Counted from the stretch's first letter, positions 46,975 to 57,010 are shown. The stretch is DNA of 61,320 nucleotides from an uncultured Rikenellaceae bacterium (GCA_964410385.1 CAYPHL010000008.1:1-61320); one strand, 5' to 3'. Made by a program: numbers and translations. The notes: generated from the sequence alone by a model not told the origin.

Positions 46975-47733
46975 ATGAAACAATATTTTATATATCTGAT
47001 TCTGGCGACGGGAGTTTCCTTTAATCATCTATCTGCCCAGGATCTCAGCGCCACTGAAATAGTAAAAAAGGCTGATGAAAAATTCAACGGGGAGAAAAGC
47101 AGTTACAGCCTTATGTCTATGACTATAATCAGGCCCGGATGGCAGAGGACGATTGAATTTAAAAGCTGGACTTCCGGAAGAGATTTCGCTCTTTCACTGA
47201 TCACTGCACCTGCCAGGGAAGCAGGACAGTCTTTTCTGAAAAGAGGTTCGGAAATGTGGAGCTGGAATCCCTCAATAAACAGGCTCATTAAACTGCCTCC
47301 TTCAATGATGTCTCAGGGATGGATGGGATCAGATTATACAAATGATGATATCCTAAAGGAGTCATCGGTCGTGAATGATTATATTCATGAAATGGCAGGT
47401 GAAGAAAATATTGACGGGCGGGTATGTTATAAGATCAGTATGACCGCAAAGGAAAATGCTTCGATTGTATGGGGAAAGCAAATCCGATGGATCGACAAAA
47501 AGGAATTCCTTATATTAAAAGTTGAGTTGTATGATGAAGATGGTTACCTTGTAAGAACAGAAACAGGCAGTGATATTAAGGTCATGGATGGACGGACAGT
47601 AACATCAAAAATTAAGCTTATACCCGAAGAGGAACCTCAGAACCTAACTCTTATTGAGATCCGTGAAATTAAATTCAATATACCTGTTGAGGAGAGTTAC
47701 TTTTCCCAGCAAAACATGAAAAGAGTCCGCTGA
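46975..47733 (+). CDS. LolA-like periplasmic protein (outer-membrane lipoprotein-sorting family)
   Basis: Signal peptide; G.SFLK....W.W.P..NR.IKLP..MM.Q.WMGSD.TNDD. Confidence 0.8.
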   Translation: MKQYFIYLILATGVSFNHLSAQDLSATEIVKKADEKFNGEKSSYSLMSMTIIRPGWQRTIEFKSWTSGRDFALSLITAPAREAGQSFLKRGSEMWSWNPSINRLIKLPPSMMSQGWMGSDYTNDDILKESSVVNDYIHEMAGEENIDGRVCYKISMTAKENASIVWGKQIRWIDKKEFLILKVELYDEDGYLVRTETGSDIKVMDGRTVTSKIKLIPEEEPQNLTLIEIREIKFNIPVEESYFSQQNMKRVR

Positions 47734-47752
47734 TAATAGTAATAAAAAAAAC

Positions 47753-49174
47753 ATGAAGGAGGAATTTAAAATAGCCTGGCGAAATTTATGGAGGAACAGA
47801 CGCCGTACAATAATTACCGCGGCTTCTGTATTCTTCGCGGTTTTTTTTGCAGTCGTCATGAGATCATACCAGCTGGGCTCTTACGATCATATGATAAACA
47901 ATTTTATCGAATCGTTTACCGGATATTTACAGGTACAACATGTAAATTATCAGGATAATCCTTTAATTGATAACTCCTTCGGCTATAATGACTCCATTGT
48001 TTCTGCAATTTCGAAAATCGACAGGGTTGTTTCCGTTACCCCGCATCTGGAATCTTTTACTCTTGCCTCCAGCGGAACGCAGACAAAAGGAGCAGCAGTC
48101 ATTGCAATCGATCCGATAAAGGAGAGAGCCTTTTCGGATCCTGAAAGTAAACTGGTAAAATACAGGATCACTGATGAGGCTGTCATGCGCCTGCAGGATG
48201 CAGATGCATTACCGGATGAGATTATTGAAAAGTTGAAAAAGAATCTTGGAAGATCTTATTCATCGTCTGCCAGGTTTGAGCTTGAACTGGGACTTACTTC
48301 TGAAGACAATGAACTCTATATGCCGGATATCCTTAAATACTCTGAAGTATCAAATGAATTTCTGGCTGACGATGACGATGGTATTCTTGTGTCCGACAAG
48401 CTTGCCAGCTATCTTAAAGTTACGGTGGGAGATTCTGTAATTCTTATGGGGCAGGGGTATCATGGCATTTCTGCAACCGGGATATTCCCGGTACGGGGAA
48501 TATTAAAAATGCCTTCACCTGAAATAGACAACAAATTGATTATTATGACAATACCTGCAGCACAAAAATTCTATGATGCTGAAGGTAAAATAACCTCGCT
48601 TGTTGTTAACCTCACAGATAAATCAAACCGGACAATAAAAACAGCAAAAGACAGGATTAATTCTCTACTGACCGATAAAAACACAATTACCAAAACCTGG
48701 TATGAACTGAATCCGATCCTTTATCAGCAGATCCAGGGCGACAGTCAATCAGGTATGGCCATGCTTGCAATACTTTATTTTATAATTTTCTTCGGCATAT
48801 TCGGAACAGTCCTGATGATGGTTTCGGAGAGAAAAAAAGAATTCGGTATTCTTGTAGCGATCGGGATGCAGAAGAAGAAGCTTAAAAGAATAGTCTCGAT
48901 AGAAATGTTGTTTCTCGGAGCAATTGGTCTTGTTTGCGGATTGCTGGCGGGCACACCCGTGATCCTATACTTCTACTATTACCCGATAGTATTGAAAGGG
49001 GATATGGCAAACATGATGGAGGACTTTGGATGGGATGCCGTTATGCCCACAGCCTGGTTTGGCCCGTACTTTTACTGGCAGGCCGGAATTGTGGCAATAA
49101 TGGTAGTGCTGGCAACAATTTATCCTTTACGAAAAATAGGCAGGCTGAAAGAAATAGAGGCTCTTAAAAGCTAA
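47753..49174 (+). CDS. FtsX/LolE-like ABC permease 1
   Basis: AWRNLWRNRRRT, large periplasmic domain, ER.KEFGIL.AIGM; internal ~60-aa insert. Confidence 0.9.
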   Translation: MKEEFKIAWRNLWRNRRRTIITAASVFFAVFFAVVMRSYQLGSYDHMINNFIESFTGYLQVQHVNYQDNPLIDNSFGYNDSIVSAISKIDRVVSVTPHLESFTLASSGTQTKGAAVIAIDPIKERAFSDPESKLVKYRITDEAVMRLQDADALPDEIIEKLKKNLGRSYSSSARFELELGLTSEDNELYMPDILKYSEVSNEFLADDDDGILVSDKLASYLKVTVGDSVILMGQGYHGISATGIFPVRGILKMPSPEIDNKLIIMTIPAAQKFYDAEGKITSLVVNLTDKSNRTIKTAKDRINSLLTDKNTITKTWYELNPILYQQIQGDSQSGMAMLAILYFIIFFGIFGTVLMMVSERKKEFGILVAIGMQKKKLKRIVSIEMLFLGAIGLVCGLLAGTPVILYFYYYPIVLKGDMANMMEDFGWDAVMPTAWFGPYFYWQAGIVAIMVVLATIYPLRKIGRLKEIEALKS

Positions 49175-49176
49175 AA

Positions 49177-50610
49177 TTGAATACTATGATTTGGGGAATA
49201 GCATGGAAGAATGTATGGCGTAACAAAAAGAGAAGCCTGGTTGTAATAGTGGCAGTGACACTTGGTATTATTGCCGGAGTACTTCTTGTCGGTATTATGG
49301 AAGGCTGGGTAAATCAACGCCTTAACGACGCTATATTTAATGAAGTATCGCATATCCAGATTCATAATAACGAGTTCATCAAAAACGAGGAGATAGATCT
49401 TACTGTAATAAATCCTGATGAGATTACCAATAGCCTGGATTCCATGCAGGAGCTTTCCGGCTGGGTTAAAAGGACCCGTATGATTGCCATGGCAACTACC
49501 CCGTGGGCCAATACAGGAGTGATCATCTACGGTGTCGACCCTGAAAAAGAAAAACGGGTAACCGGGATCTATAAGAAAATTGTTCCGGCAGGAGGGAAGT
49601 ATCTTGATGTTCAAAGCCCCGGCGACATCCTGATAAGTGACAAGACTGCCGAAATCCTGAAGCTGAAGCAATATATTGTTACAGGCAGTATTATCGAAAA
49701 GCTAAAGGGGGAAAAAGTCCCGTTAACTGTTCTTACAAAGCTTGAGAATCTTAAGGATGTGCGATTCAGATCGCCTAAAGATTTCCGGGAAGCTTTAAGA
49801 ATAGAATTAAGCAGGAAGGAACTTGACAGGTTTGGTCTTCTTATTACTGACAATGCTCTTGATTACAGGATCAGGAGCAAAATACAGATAACAATTTCAG
49901 ATAGAGAAGGAACCCCGATCCAGGGTATATTCAGAGTATGCGGTATATATAAAACAACCAACACGGGTTTTGACCAGGCCTCAGTGTTTGTAAATGCGTG
50001 GGAGCTGGCAAACCTGTACGGAGGTGGTGAAATCCTCACTCATGAAATTGCTGTTCTATTAAATGACATTAACGATGCCGGCACTGTAAGAGACAAACTA
50101 AGCCGGATTTATGGGGATAATTCCGTCAGAACATGGAAAGAGCTGGCTCCGGATGCAGCAATGATGAATGATTTTATGATTATGTATTATTTCATTTTCA
50201 TTGGAATAATAATGCTGGCCCTCGCATTCGGTATTATCAATACAATGCTGATGGCAATTCTCGAAAGGACAAAAGAGCTTGGCATGCTGATGGCGATAGG
50301 GATGAATCGCAGGAGGATATTTTTAATGATTATGCTTGAAACTGTTTTTCTGACTGTTGTCGGCGCAGTGGCAGGTATATTTTTGGGTTGGGCAATTGTT
50401 GAAATTCTGGGAAAAACAGGAATTCATTTTACCGGCTGGGGTGAAGGATTTGAGGCTATCGGGTTTGCAGCAAAAGTATATCCCGTGGTAACTCCCGGAT
50501 TTTTCATATTCACAACAATTATGGTTATAACCACAGCAATCATTTCCTCGCTCTGGCCGGCCCGAAAGGCGCTGAAATTAAATCCGGTTGAAGCACTAAG
50601 GACAGAATAA
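49177..50610 (+). CDS. FtsX/LolE-like ABC permease 2
   Basis: AWKNVWRNKKRS, ERTKELGMLMAIGM, LNPVEALR; internal ~60-aa insert. Confidence 0.9.
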   Translation: MNTMIWGIAWKNVWRNKKRSLVVIVAVTLGIIAGVLLVGIMEGWVNQRLNDAIFNEVSHIQIHNNEFIKNEEIDLTVINPDEITNSLDSMQELSGWVKRTRMIAMATTPWANTGVIIYGVDPEKEKRVTGIYKKIVPAGGKYLDVQSPGDILISDKTAEILKLKQYIVTGSIIEKLKGEKVPLTVLTKLENLKDVRFRSPKDFREALRIELSRKELDRFGLLITDNALDYRIRSKIQITISDREGTPIQGIFRVCGIYKTTNTGFDQASVFVNAWELANLYGGGEILTHEIAVLLNDINDAGTVRDKLSRIYGDNSVRTWKELAPDAAMMNDFMIMYYFIFIGIIMLALAFGIINTMLMAILERTKELGMLMAIGMNRRRIFLMIMLETVFLTVVGAVAGIFLGWAIVEILGKTGIHFTGWGEGFEAIGFAAKVYPVVTPGFFIFTTIMVITTAIISSLWPARKALKLNPVEALRTE

Positions 50611-50633
50611 GATAAAATTTAAAATGGCAAACC

Positions 50634-51329
50634 ATGAAGATTCTTGAATTAATACATGTGAATAAAATATATGATTCATCAGAGATAGAGGTTCACGCAG
50701 TGAATGATGTTACCCTTGATTTTTCCGAAGCTGAATTCGCCGCAATTGTAGGACCATCAGGATCAGGTAAAACGACCCTTCTGAACATGATAGGTGGTCT
50801 TGATATGCCAACATCCGGTGAAATTACTATCAGCGGCACCAACCTGTCAAAGCTGAAACCATCGCAACTTATTGATTTTCGTCTGAATAACATAGGATTC
50901 GTATTTCAGTCATATAACCTTATCCCAGTTTTAACAGCAAAAGAAAATGTTGAATTTATAATGACACTTCAGAAATGGCCTGAAAAAGAGAGAGACGAGC
51001 GGACGAATGAGTTACTCCAGGCAGTTGGCCTGGGCGACAGGATGAACAGCAGGCCGGCAAAACTCTCGGGAGGACAACAACAAAGAGTGGCTGTTGCAAG
51101 GGCCCTTGCTTCAAGGCCGAAATTTATTCTTGCCGATGAGCCTACCGCCAATCTTGATTCAAAATCGGCCACAACACTTCTCGGGATAATGGAAAAACTC
51201 AATCATGAGTCGAAGATCACTTTCATTTTTTCAACACACGATCCCAGAGTCGTTAAAATGGCTCACCGTGTTATTACTCTTGAAGACGGTAAAGTTGTTT
51301 CAGATGATATCAGGGAACTTCCTGAATAA
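50634..51329 (+). CDS. ABC transporter ATPase (LolD/MacB-like)
   Basis: [35 protein letters not shown]. Confidence 0.95.
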   Translation: MKILELIHVNKIYDSSEIEVHAVNDVTLDFSEAEFAAIVGPSGSGKTTLLNMIGGLDMPTSGEITISGTNLSKLKPSQLIDFRLNNIGFVFQSYNLIPVLTAKENVEFIMTLQKWPEKERDERTNELLQAVGLGDRMNSRPAKLSGGQQQRVAVARALASRPKFILADEPTANLDSKSATTLLGIMEKLNHESKITFIFSTHDPRVVKMAHRVITLEDGKVVSDDIRELPE

Positions 51330-51342
51330 CATTTCAATCCTG

Positions 51343-52491
51343 ATGAAGAATTTTATTATTGTCATAAATATTTTGTTTTTGCATGCTACAGGTCTGTTTC
51401 CCCAGGAACAGAAATCCATTTCCCTCGGTGGTTACTTCACAGCAATGCCGGACGTAATGTTTGATACTTTGTCCGGACCTTTTATTAATGACCTCCTTCT
51501 TCATAACAGGATCAACATGAAAGCATATCTGAACGATCATATAATATTTTCAGCCGAATTACGGAACAGGTTTTTCACAGGCGATATGGTGAAAGCCGGC
51601 AAAGCCTATTCGGAAATGATCGGGAAGGATGAAGGGATCTTGGATATGTCGTGGAATATTTTCAATGAGAAATCGTTTTTTTTTAATACCACCATAGACA
51701 GGATGTGGATTGATTTCAATTATGAAAAGTTCCAGGCTAGATTAGGCAGGCAGCGTATTAACTGGGGGCAGACATTTGTGTGGAATCCGAATGACATTTT
51801 CAATGCTTACTCTTTCTTCGATATCGATTATATTGAAAGACCCGGAAGTGATGCAATAAGGCTGCAATATTATCCGACTTCCTCTTCTGTGGCTGAGCTT
51901 GCCGTTAAAGCCGACCGGAATAATGATATAACAGCAGCCGGATTGTTCCGTTTCAGTAAATGGGGATATGATATACAATTTCTTGCAGGGTATTCAAACA
52001 GTTCTGATATAGTTGCAGGTGCCGGATGGTCAGGGTCGATAGGATCGCTATCTTTCCGCGGTGAAGGAACATGGTTTCATCCGGTCCGTTCTTTCAGCGA
52101 TACTTCCGGTACTTCAATAATCACAGCCGGGATTGACAAAATTTTCAGTAACAATTCAACACTTCAGTTTCAGCTGATGTATTGTAATAATCCCCTGGAT
52201 CTTAAGAATTTTACAAGTTTATATACTGGAAATCTCACTGCCAAGGATCTTGCATTTTCGGAATTTTCAGCATTCGGGCAGTTCTCCTGGGCTGCCACAC
52301 CTTTGCTGACCCTTGGTCTTTCTGCAATGTGGTTCCCCGACCTCAGCGGATATTTCACCGGGCCGTCAATCGACTTTTCAATGGCTGAAAATGTCGACTT
52401 CTCCCTTATCTGGCAGCACTTCCGAGGTGAAATGAGCGGAATAAGATCAAGGATAAACCTTGTATTTCTCAGATTCAAATACAGTTTCTAG
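51343..52491 (+). CDS. probable outer-membrane beta-barrel protein
   Basis: Signal peptide from MKNFII; IDR.W, GRQRINWG..W.PND.F, ERPGSDA; ends ...FKYSF. The track's extension overlaps the ATPase gene. Confidence 0.75.
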   Translation: MKNFIIVINILFLHATGLFPQEQKSISLGGYFTAMPDVMFDTLSGPFINDLLLHNRINMKAYLNDHIIFSAELRNRFFTGDMVKAGKAYSEMIGKDEGILDMSWNIFNEKSFFFNTTIDRMWIDFNYEKFQARLGRQRINWGQTFVWNPNDIFNAYSFFDIDYIERPGSDAIRLQYYPTSSSVAELAVKADRNNDITAAGLFRFSKWGYDIQFLAGYSNSSDIVAGAGWSGSIGSLSFRGEGTWFHPVRSFSDTSGTSIITAGIDKIFSNNSTLQFQLMYCNNPLDLKNFTSLYTGNLTAKDLAFSEFSAFGQFSWAATPLLTLGLSAMWFPDLSGYFTGPSIDFSMAENVDFSLIWQHFRGEMSGIRSRINLVFLRFKYSF

Positions 52492-52499
52492 AATTTTTC

Positions 52500-52507
52500 T
52501 ACTTTTG
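52500..52507 (+). promoter_or_regulatory. sigma-A -7 box (TACTTTTG) for lmtA-like gene
   Basis: Exact TAnnTTTG 20 nt upstream of ATG. Confidence 0.6.
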
Positions 52508-52527
52508 CCGCATTAACTGAATTATAC

Positions 52528-53265
52528 ATGGCACTTGTTCATGAATTAGAGAGAAGCGGGAACTGGCTTTTTAAAAGAAGGAGCTGGCTGCCATTGTTCC
52601 TGGTCGCAGCAGGTATACTGATAATGTTCCTCGGCAACAGGCAGGCTATATTCTTTGATCTGCGTGATGAGATGATCTTTTTGGGAGTCAGCCTTCTCGG
52701 GGAACTGGTCAGGATACTGACGGTGGGATTTGCTCCCAAAGGGACATCGGGACGTAATACAGGTGACGGACAGGTGGCCTGGGAACTGAACACAACAGGC
52801 GCTTACTCATTATTAAGACATCCGCTTTACCTGGGTAACCTCCTGATGTGGCTCGGCCCTGTTCTTTTTCTGAGGTCAGTCTGGTTCACTATACTTTTCC
52901 TTCTGATTTATTGGCTCTATTATGAACGTATTATGTTTGCCGAAGAACAGTTTCTCAGGAGAAAGTTCGGGGAAGAATATGATAAGTATTCCGAAAAAGT
53001 AAATTCATTCATACCATTCGGCTCTGAATTCATAGCCCCAAAACTTCCTTTCTCATTCAGGAATGTTTTAAAAAGGGAATATAACAGCGTAGTGAATATC
53101 TTTCTGATTTTTGCAGTACTTGATCTTTTCCGCAATTACTTCCTTACAGGCAGGGTCTTTTTTTCCAGGCTATGGCTCCTACTGCTTATAGCTGCTGCTG
53201 TAATCTGGGTAATAATAAGAATAATTCACAAGTCGACAAAATTGCTTGAGGTTGAAGGGAGATAA
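52528..53265 (+). CDS. lmtA: ICMT/PEMT-family membrane methyltransferase, LmtA-like (lipid A 1-phosphate O-methyltransferase)
   Basis: TSGRNT, YSLLRHPLYLGN, YERIMFAEEQFLRRKFG, KREY, C-terminal EGR. Resemblance to Leptospira LmtA is from recall. Confidence 0.7.
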   Translation: MALVHELERSGNWLFKRRSWLPLFLVAAGILIMFLGNRQAIFFDLRDEMIFLGVSLLGELVRILTVGFAPKGTSGRNTGDGQVAWELNTTGAYSLLRHPLYLGNLLMWLGPVLFLRSVWFTILFLLIYWLYYERIMFAEEQFLRRKFGEEYDKYSEKVNSFIPFGSEFIAPKLPFSFRNVLKREYNSVVNIFLIFAVLDLFRNYFLTGRVFFSRLWLLLLIAAAVIWVIIRIIHKSTKLLEVEGR

Positions 53266-53279
53266 GCTCTCCACGGTCA

Positions 53280-53966
53280 TCAGTCATCTCTAGCGCCTGT
53301 AAATATCATCACATAATATAACAATGTAGCCAGTGAGCCGAGGGCGGCAACAACATATGTCGTGGCGGCCCATTTAAGTGCATCCTGGGCTTTTTCATGG
53401 CTGTCATAGGATGTAATTCCTGAATTCGAAAGCCATACAAGAGCTCTCTGGCTTGCATTGAATTCAACAGGAAGAGTTATGAAACTGAATAAAGTGGTAA
53501 GTGCAAAAAGTACTATACCGGCAAACAGAAGTGCGGGAAATGTGTTTACAAAAATTACTCCTGCAAGAAGAACCCACTGAACCCAGTGTGATGAGAAGCT
53601 GACAATCGGTACCATTCTGGAACGGAACCCGAGCCATGCATAGGCTGTTGCATGCTGAACGGCATGACCTGTTTCATGAGCTGCCACTGCAGCAGCTGCA
53701 ACGCTTCGTGAACTGAATACATCCTGGCTGAGGTTTATGGTCTTTTTTTCCGGATTGTAATGATCTGTAAGCTGCCCCGGAACACTAACCACCGATACAT
53801 CATAAATGCCATTATCCCTTAGCATCCTTTCGGCTATTTCCTTGCCCGTCATGCCATTGTCAACAGGGATTTTAGAATATTTTTTGAATTTGGATTTCAG
53901 AATAGCACTAACGATCCAGCTGAGGACCATAAACACTATAAATATTACCCAGATATTTACTGTCAT
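53280..53966 (-). CDS. membrane zinc metallopeptidase (YugP-like)
   Basis: LTDHYNP, AAHETGHAVQH, TLPVEFNAS.RA, AATTYV. Confidence 0.9.
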   Translation of the reverse strand: MTVNIWVIFIVFMVLSWIVSAILKSKFKKYSKIPVDNGMTGKEIAERMLRDNGIYDVSVVSVPGQLTDHYNPEKKTINLSQDVFSSRSVAAAAVAAHETGHAVQHATAYAWLGFRSRMVPIVSFSSHWVQWVLLAGVIFVNTFPALLFAGIVLFALTTLFSFITLPVEFNASQRALVWLSNSGITSYDSHEKAQDALKWAATTYVVAALGSLATLLYYVMIFTGARDD

Positions 53967-54079
53967 TTTACTAATATTTTTTCTATTAACACTTCAAAAG
54001 CCCTGCCAGTTCATTTTATTTGTCATTTTGGCAGGAATTAACCTTTATTAAGGAACTGTATCCGATAGTTCTTTTTATA

Positions 54080-54087
54080 TATATTTG
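54080..54087 (+). promoter_or_regulatory. sigma-A -7 box (TATATTTG) for yidD
   Basis: TAnnTTTG only 4 nt before the ATG, so the leader would be very short or absent. Confidence 0.4.
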
Positions 54088-54091
54088 ATAC

Positions 54092-54400
54092 ATGACAAAG
54101 GTACTCAAAAATATCCTGACATTCCTGTTATCAATACCTGTACATTTTTACCGTCATGCAATATCTCCATGGCTCAGACCTTCGTGCAGACATCTTCCGT
54201 CCTGTTCGGAATATATGCTTGATGCCCTGAAGTTACATGGCCCGTTCGCCGGTCTTGCTCTTGGCACAGGCAGGATCCTCAGGTGCCGTCCCGGCGGAAC
54301 ACATGGTTTTGATCCTGTTCCCCGGTTTCTCTTCAAAAGGTACAGGCCGGTAAGAAGATTTTTTAAAAGATATAAGACTGAGAACAGGCTCAGAAGATAA
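54092..54400 (+). CDS. yidD: membrane protein insertion efficiency factor
   Basis: Y...ISP...SCRH.PSCSEY, RILRC.P, FDPVP three-Cys pattern. Confidence 0.88.
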   Translation: MTKVLKNILTFLLSIPVHFYRHAISPWLRPSCRHLPSCSEYMLDALKLHGPFAGLALGTGRILRCRPGGTHGFDPVPRFLFKRYRPVRRFFKRYKTENRLRR

Positions 54401-55153
54401 TTAAAAATTCAGTTCCTTTTTTAACAGCTGGTATCCGGCTCTGCTTACCGGCAGCTTCTCGCCCGATTTTAACATGGCAAGATGAGTGTCCTTGCCATAA
54501 GGCTCTATACGGTTGATCTCCTGGACCCGCACTATATACGACCTGTGGATCCTGATAAAGTCATTTTCAGGAAGATTATCCTCATAATACTTCATGGTCT
54601 GCTGTTTCAGTGCTTTCCCCGATATGTGATGTATCATGACATAATCATCCTGGGCTTCGACAAATCTAATCTGGTCTACCGGTATCAGGCTTATGCCATT
54701 TCCTTTCCTGACTACAATCCTGGAGACAGGAGAAACGGGTTCGGGTAACTTTGACAACAGCATGTTTGCCGGTTCCGAATTGCCTGATCCGGACCGGATC
54801 TTGTCGGTGGCCTTTTTTACAGCTTCCAGGAAGCGCCTTTTGGCGAATGGTTTAAGGAGGTAATCAACTGCATTCAGCTCAAATGCTCTGATTGCAAACT
54901 GGTCATAGGCAGTTGTGAATATCACTTCAGGTTTTTCAGTCATTACCTCCAGCATCTCAATCCCTGTCAGCCTTGGCATCTGGATGTCGAGAAAGACCAG
55001 TTCCGGTTTCATCGTGGTTATTGTTTTCAAACCCATAAAGCCATCTGAGCATTCCGCAATAATATCAATATAATCAAGCTCACTTAAATAATGTCTGATG
55101 ATTTCCCTGGCAGGAGTTTCATCATCAATGATGACTGCTCTGATTTTTTCCAT
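54401..55153 (-). CDS. LytTR-family response regulator
   Basis: IIDDE, FLDIQMP, FTTAYD, DYLLKP; F.RIHRSYIV, LPVSR. Confidence 0.95.
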   Translation of the reverse strand: MEKIRAVIIDDETPAREIIRHYLSELDYIDIIAECSDGFMGLKTITTMKPELVFLDIQMPRLTGIEMLEVMTEKPEVIFTTAYDQFAIRAFELNAVDYLLKPFAKRRFLEAVKKATDKIRSGSGNSEPANMLLSKLPEPVSPVSRIVVRKGNGISLIPVDQIRFVEAQDDYVMIHHISGKALKQQTMKYYEDNLPENDFIRIHRSYIVRVQEINRIEPYGKDTHLAMLKSGEKLPVSRAGYQLLKKELNF

Positions 55154-55196
55154 CTGTATAATTCCTTCGCTATGTAAAACAAATTTACTGAAAATT

Positions 55197-56249
55197 TCAA
55201 ATTTCAGCAGGAATATACAGTGTTACTTTAAAGACATCATCCTCCGTCAGGGTACTCATTGAGGCCTTGCTTCCGTAAAACAGCTTCAGCCTTCGTTCAA
55301 CGTTAATAAGTCCTGTCCCTGTCCCTTTTCCATGTGGCTGCCCTGGTTCAAAATTATTGCTAATAGTTATAACAGCATAACCATCCGACATTTTTGCCTC
55401 AGTACTTATCTTAACAGTTCCGGTGCTTTCATAGACGCCATGTTTAATTGCATTCTCATAAAGAGGCTGAAGTATCATTACAGGCATTTTTATTTCAAGA
55501 CAATTCTCCTCAATATGTTCTTCGGTCGACAATTTTTCTCCGAACCTCACTTTTTCTATGTCGAAATACAACCTGAGATTCTCGAGTTCACTTCTGAATG
55601 AAACAGGTTGTTCATCTTTTTTTGACAGGGCATACCGCATGAATTCTGAAAGATTCACAACCATATCCCTTGCTTTTTCAGGGTTTGTGACTGTAAGTGA
55701 GCTAATAGAATTAAGACTGTTAAAGAGGAAATGTGGATTTATCTGGGACCGGAGCATTTTCAGCTCTGTTTCCCGGACAAGGCTTTCAAGTCTTGCTTCT
55801 CTTGCTTTTTTCTCGGAAAGGTTTGTAAGACTTATAAAAAGGTAATAAGCAAGTATGGCCAGGAAGTAAATAAAAACACCAGTACCTGTCCTGTAAGGAA
55901 GAGTGACTGACCAGTAATTATTATATAGTTCCTTGTCACTGGCAATCAGAAGCATGATTGATTTTGTCAGCAGTATTGTCAGGGCAATTGTGACGATACC
56001 TCCGGCAACAAGATTGATAATCATCGAAAGAGGTCTTGCTTTTTCCTGATTAAAATAGTTGAAAGGGAACCACAGGGACAGCATCAGTACTGAAAAAATA
56101 AGAAGTGACAACAATGTATCGGGGATACTTATTATCTCGAAGCTTCCATAGGCGAAATAATATAACAATGTCTGGCCCAGCGCAAGAAAGAGCCAGGCCA
56201 GCCACCATATTATAAGTCGTGTCCTGTTTTCAAATACAGGATGCTTCAT
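55197..56249 (-). CDS. LytS-family sensor histidine kinase
   Basis: N-terminal TMs; QINPHFLFNSLN, ENAIKHG, GTGLINV. Confidence 0.93.
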   Translation of the reverse strand: MKHPVFENRTRLIIWWLAWLFLALGQTLLYYFAYGSFEIISIPDTLLSLLIFSVLMLSLWFPFNYFNQEKARPLSMIINLVAGGIVTIALTILLTKSIMLLIASDKELYNNYWSVTLPYRTGTGVFIYFLAILAYYLFISLTNLSEKKAREARLESLVRETELKMLRSQINPHFLFNSLNSISSLTVTNPEKARDMVVNLSEFMRYALSKKDEQPVSFRSELENLRLYFDIEKVRFGEKLSTEEHIEENCLEIKMPVMILQPLYENAIKHGVYESTGTVKISTEAKMSDGYAVITISNNFEPGQPHGKGTGTGLINVERRLKLFYGSKASMSTLTEDDVFKVTLYIPAEI

Positions 56250-56260
56250 ATACTGATTTC

Positions 56261-57010
56261 TTAATAACTTTTTACTTCACCGCCGCCAAATACAACTGCA
56301 CCTTTGATAACAAGCTGGCTTGTCGAATCAACCGTTCTGCCGGGAGTCAGTTTCCTTGAATCGCTGAACCCGCCAAGAATGGGTGTCACTTCTATTGTAA
56401 CGAACCAGGTATCGGGTACAATAATTGTTGCTCCTCCGAAAACGCATGCTATCTCTATTTCATTCCTTCCCGGTGCCAGCCTTGCTTTAGTCAGATCAAG
56501 TTCTGTACCTCCAAAAACAGCTGATATCTTTCCTCCCCTGAAATTCTGCGAAACAACCTGGCGGTCTCCTCCACTGAAGATATTTACATAATCGATATAG
56601 TCATCTCCTGTCATTCCTTTCGAAGAACCCCCGGCAAAGCCTTTCCGTCTGGATACAATGAAAAGAATACCCACTATTATGAATATTGCGGGCCAGAACA
56701 TATTATACATATGAAATGTTTCCCTGAATACAAGAGGGATCATAAAAAATCCGCCAACTGCCATTACAATTATCCCTGCAGTTTTTTCTGCTGAACTAAG
56801 GGTAAGAACAAGCCCTATTGTAACAAGAAGCATCGGCCAGCTGAAGACCACATTATCGATGAAGTCGGGAAAGATCCCTGTATTCCTGAGGATAAGAAAT
56901 AATCCCGCAATGACAAGAACTACTCCGATAAGTACTTTGTTGCTGGAACCCTGATAAGGTTCCTTACCCGGGATATTACTATCAGTCCGGTAATCATTAT
57001 TTGTTTCCAT
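56261..57010 (-). CDS. LiaF-like membrane protein (DUF5668 plus C-terminal beta-solenoid)
   Basis: G..L..G.FL.L.N, WP..L, IFSG...GG.ISAVFGG.ELDL..A...VFGG. Confidence 0.8.
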   Translation of the reverse strand: METNNDYRTDSNIPGKEPYQGSSNKVLIGVVLVIAGLFLILRNTGIFPDFIDNVVFSWPMLLVTIGLVLTLSSAEKTAGIIVMAVGGFFMIPLVFRETFHMYNMFWPAIFIIVGILFIVSRRKGFAGGSSKGMTGDDYIDYVNIFSGGDRQVVSQNFRGGKISAVFGGTELDLTKARLAPGRNEIEIACVFGGATIIVPDTWFVTIEVTPILGGFSDSRKLTPGRTVDSTSQLVIKGAVVFGGGEVKSY

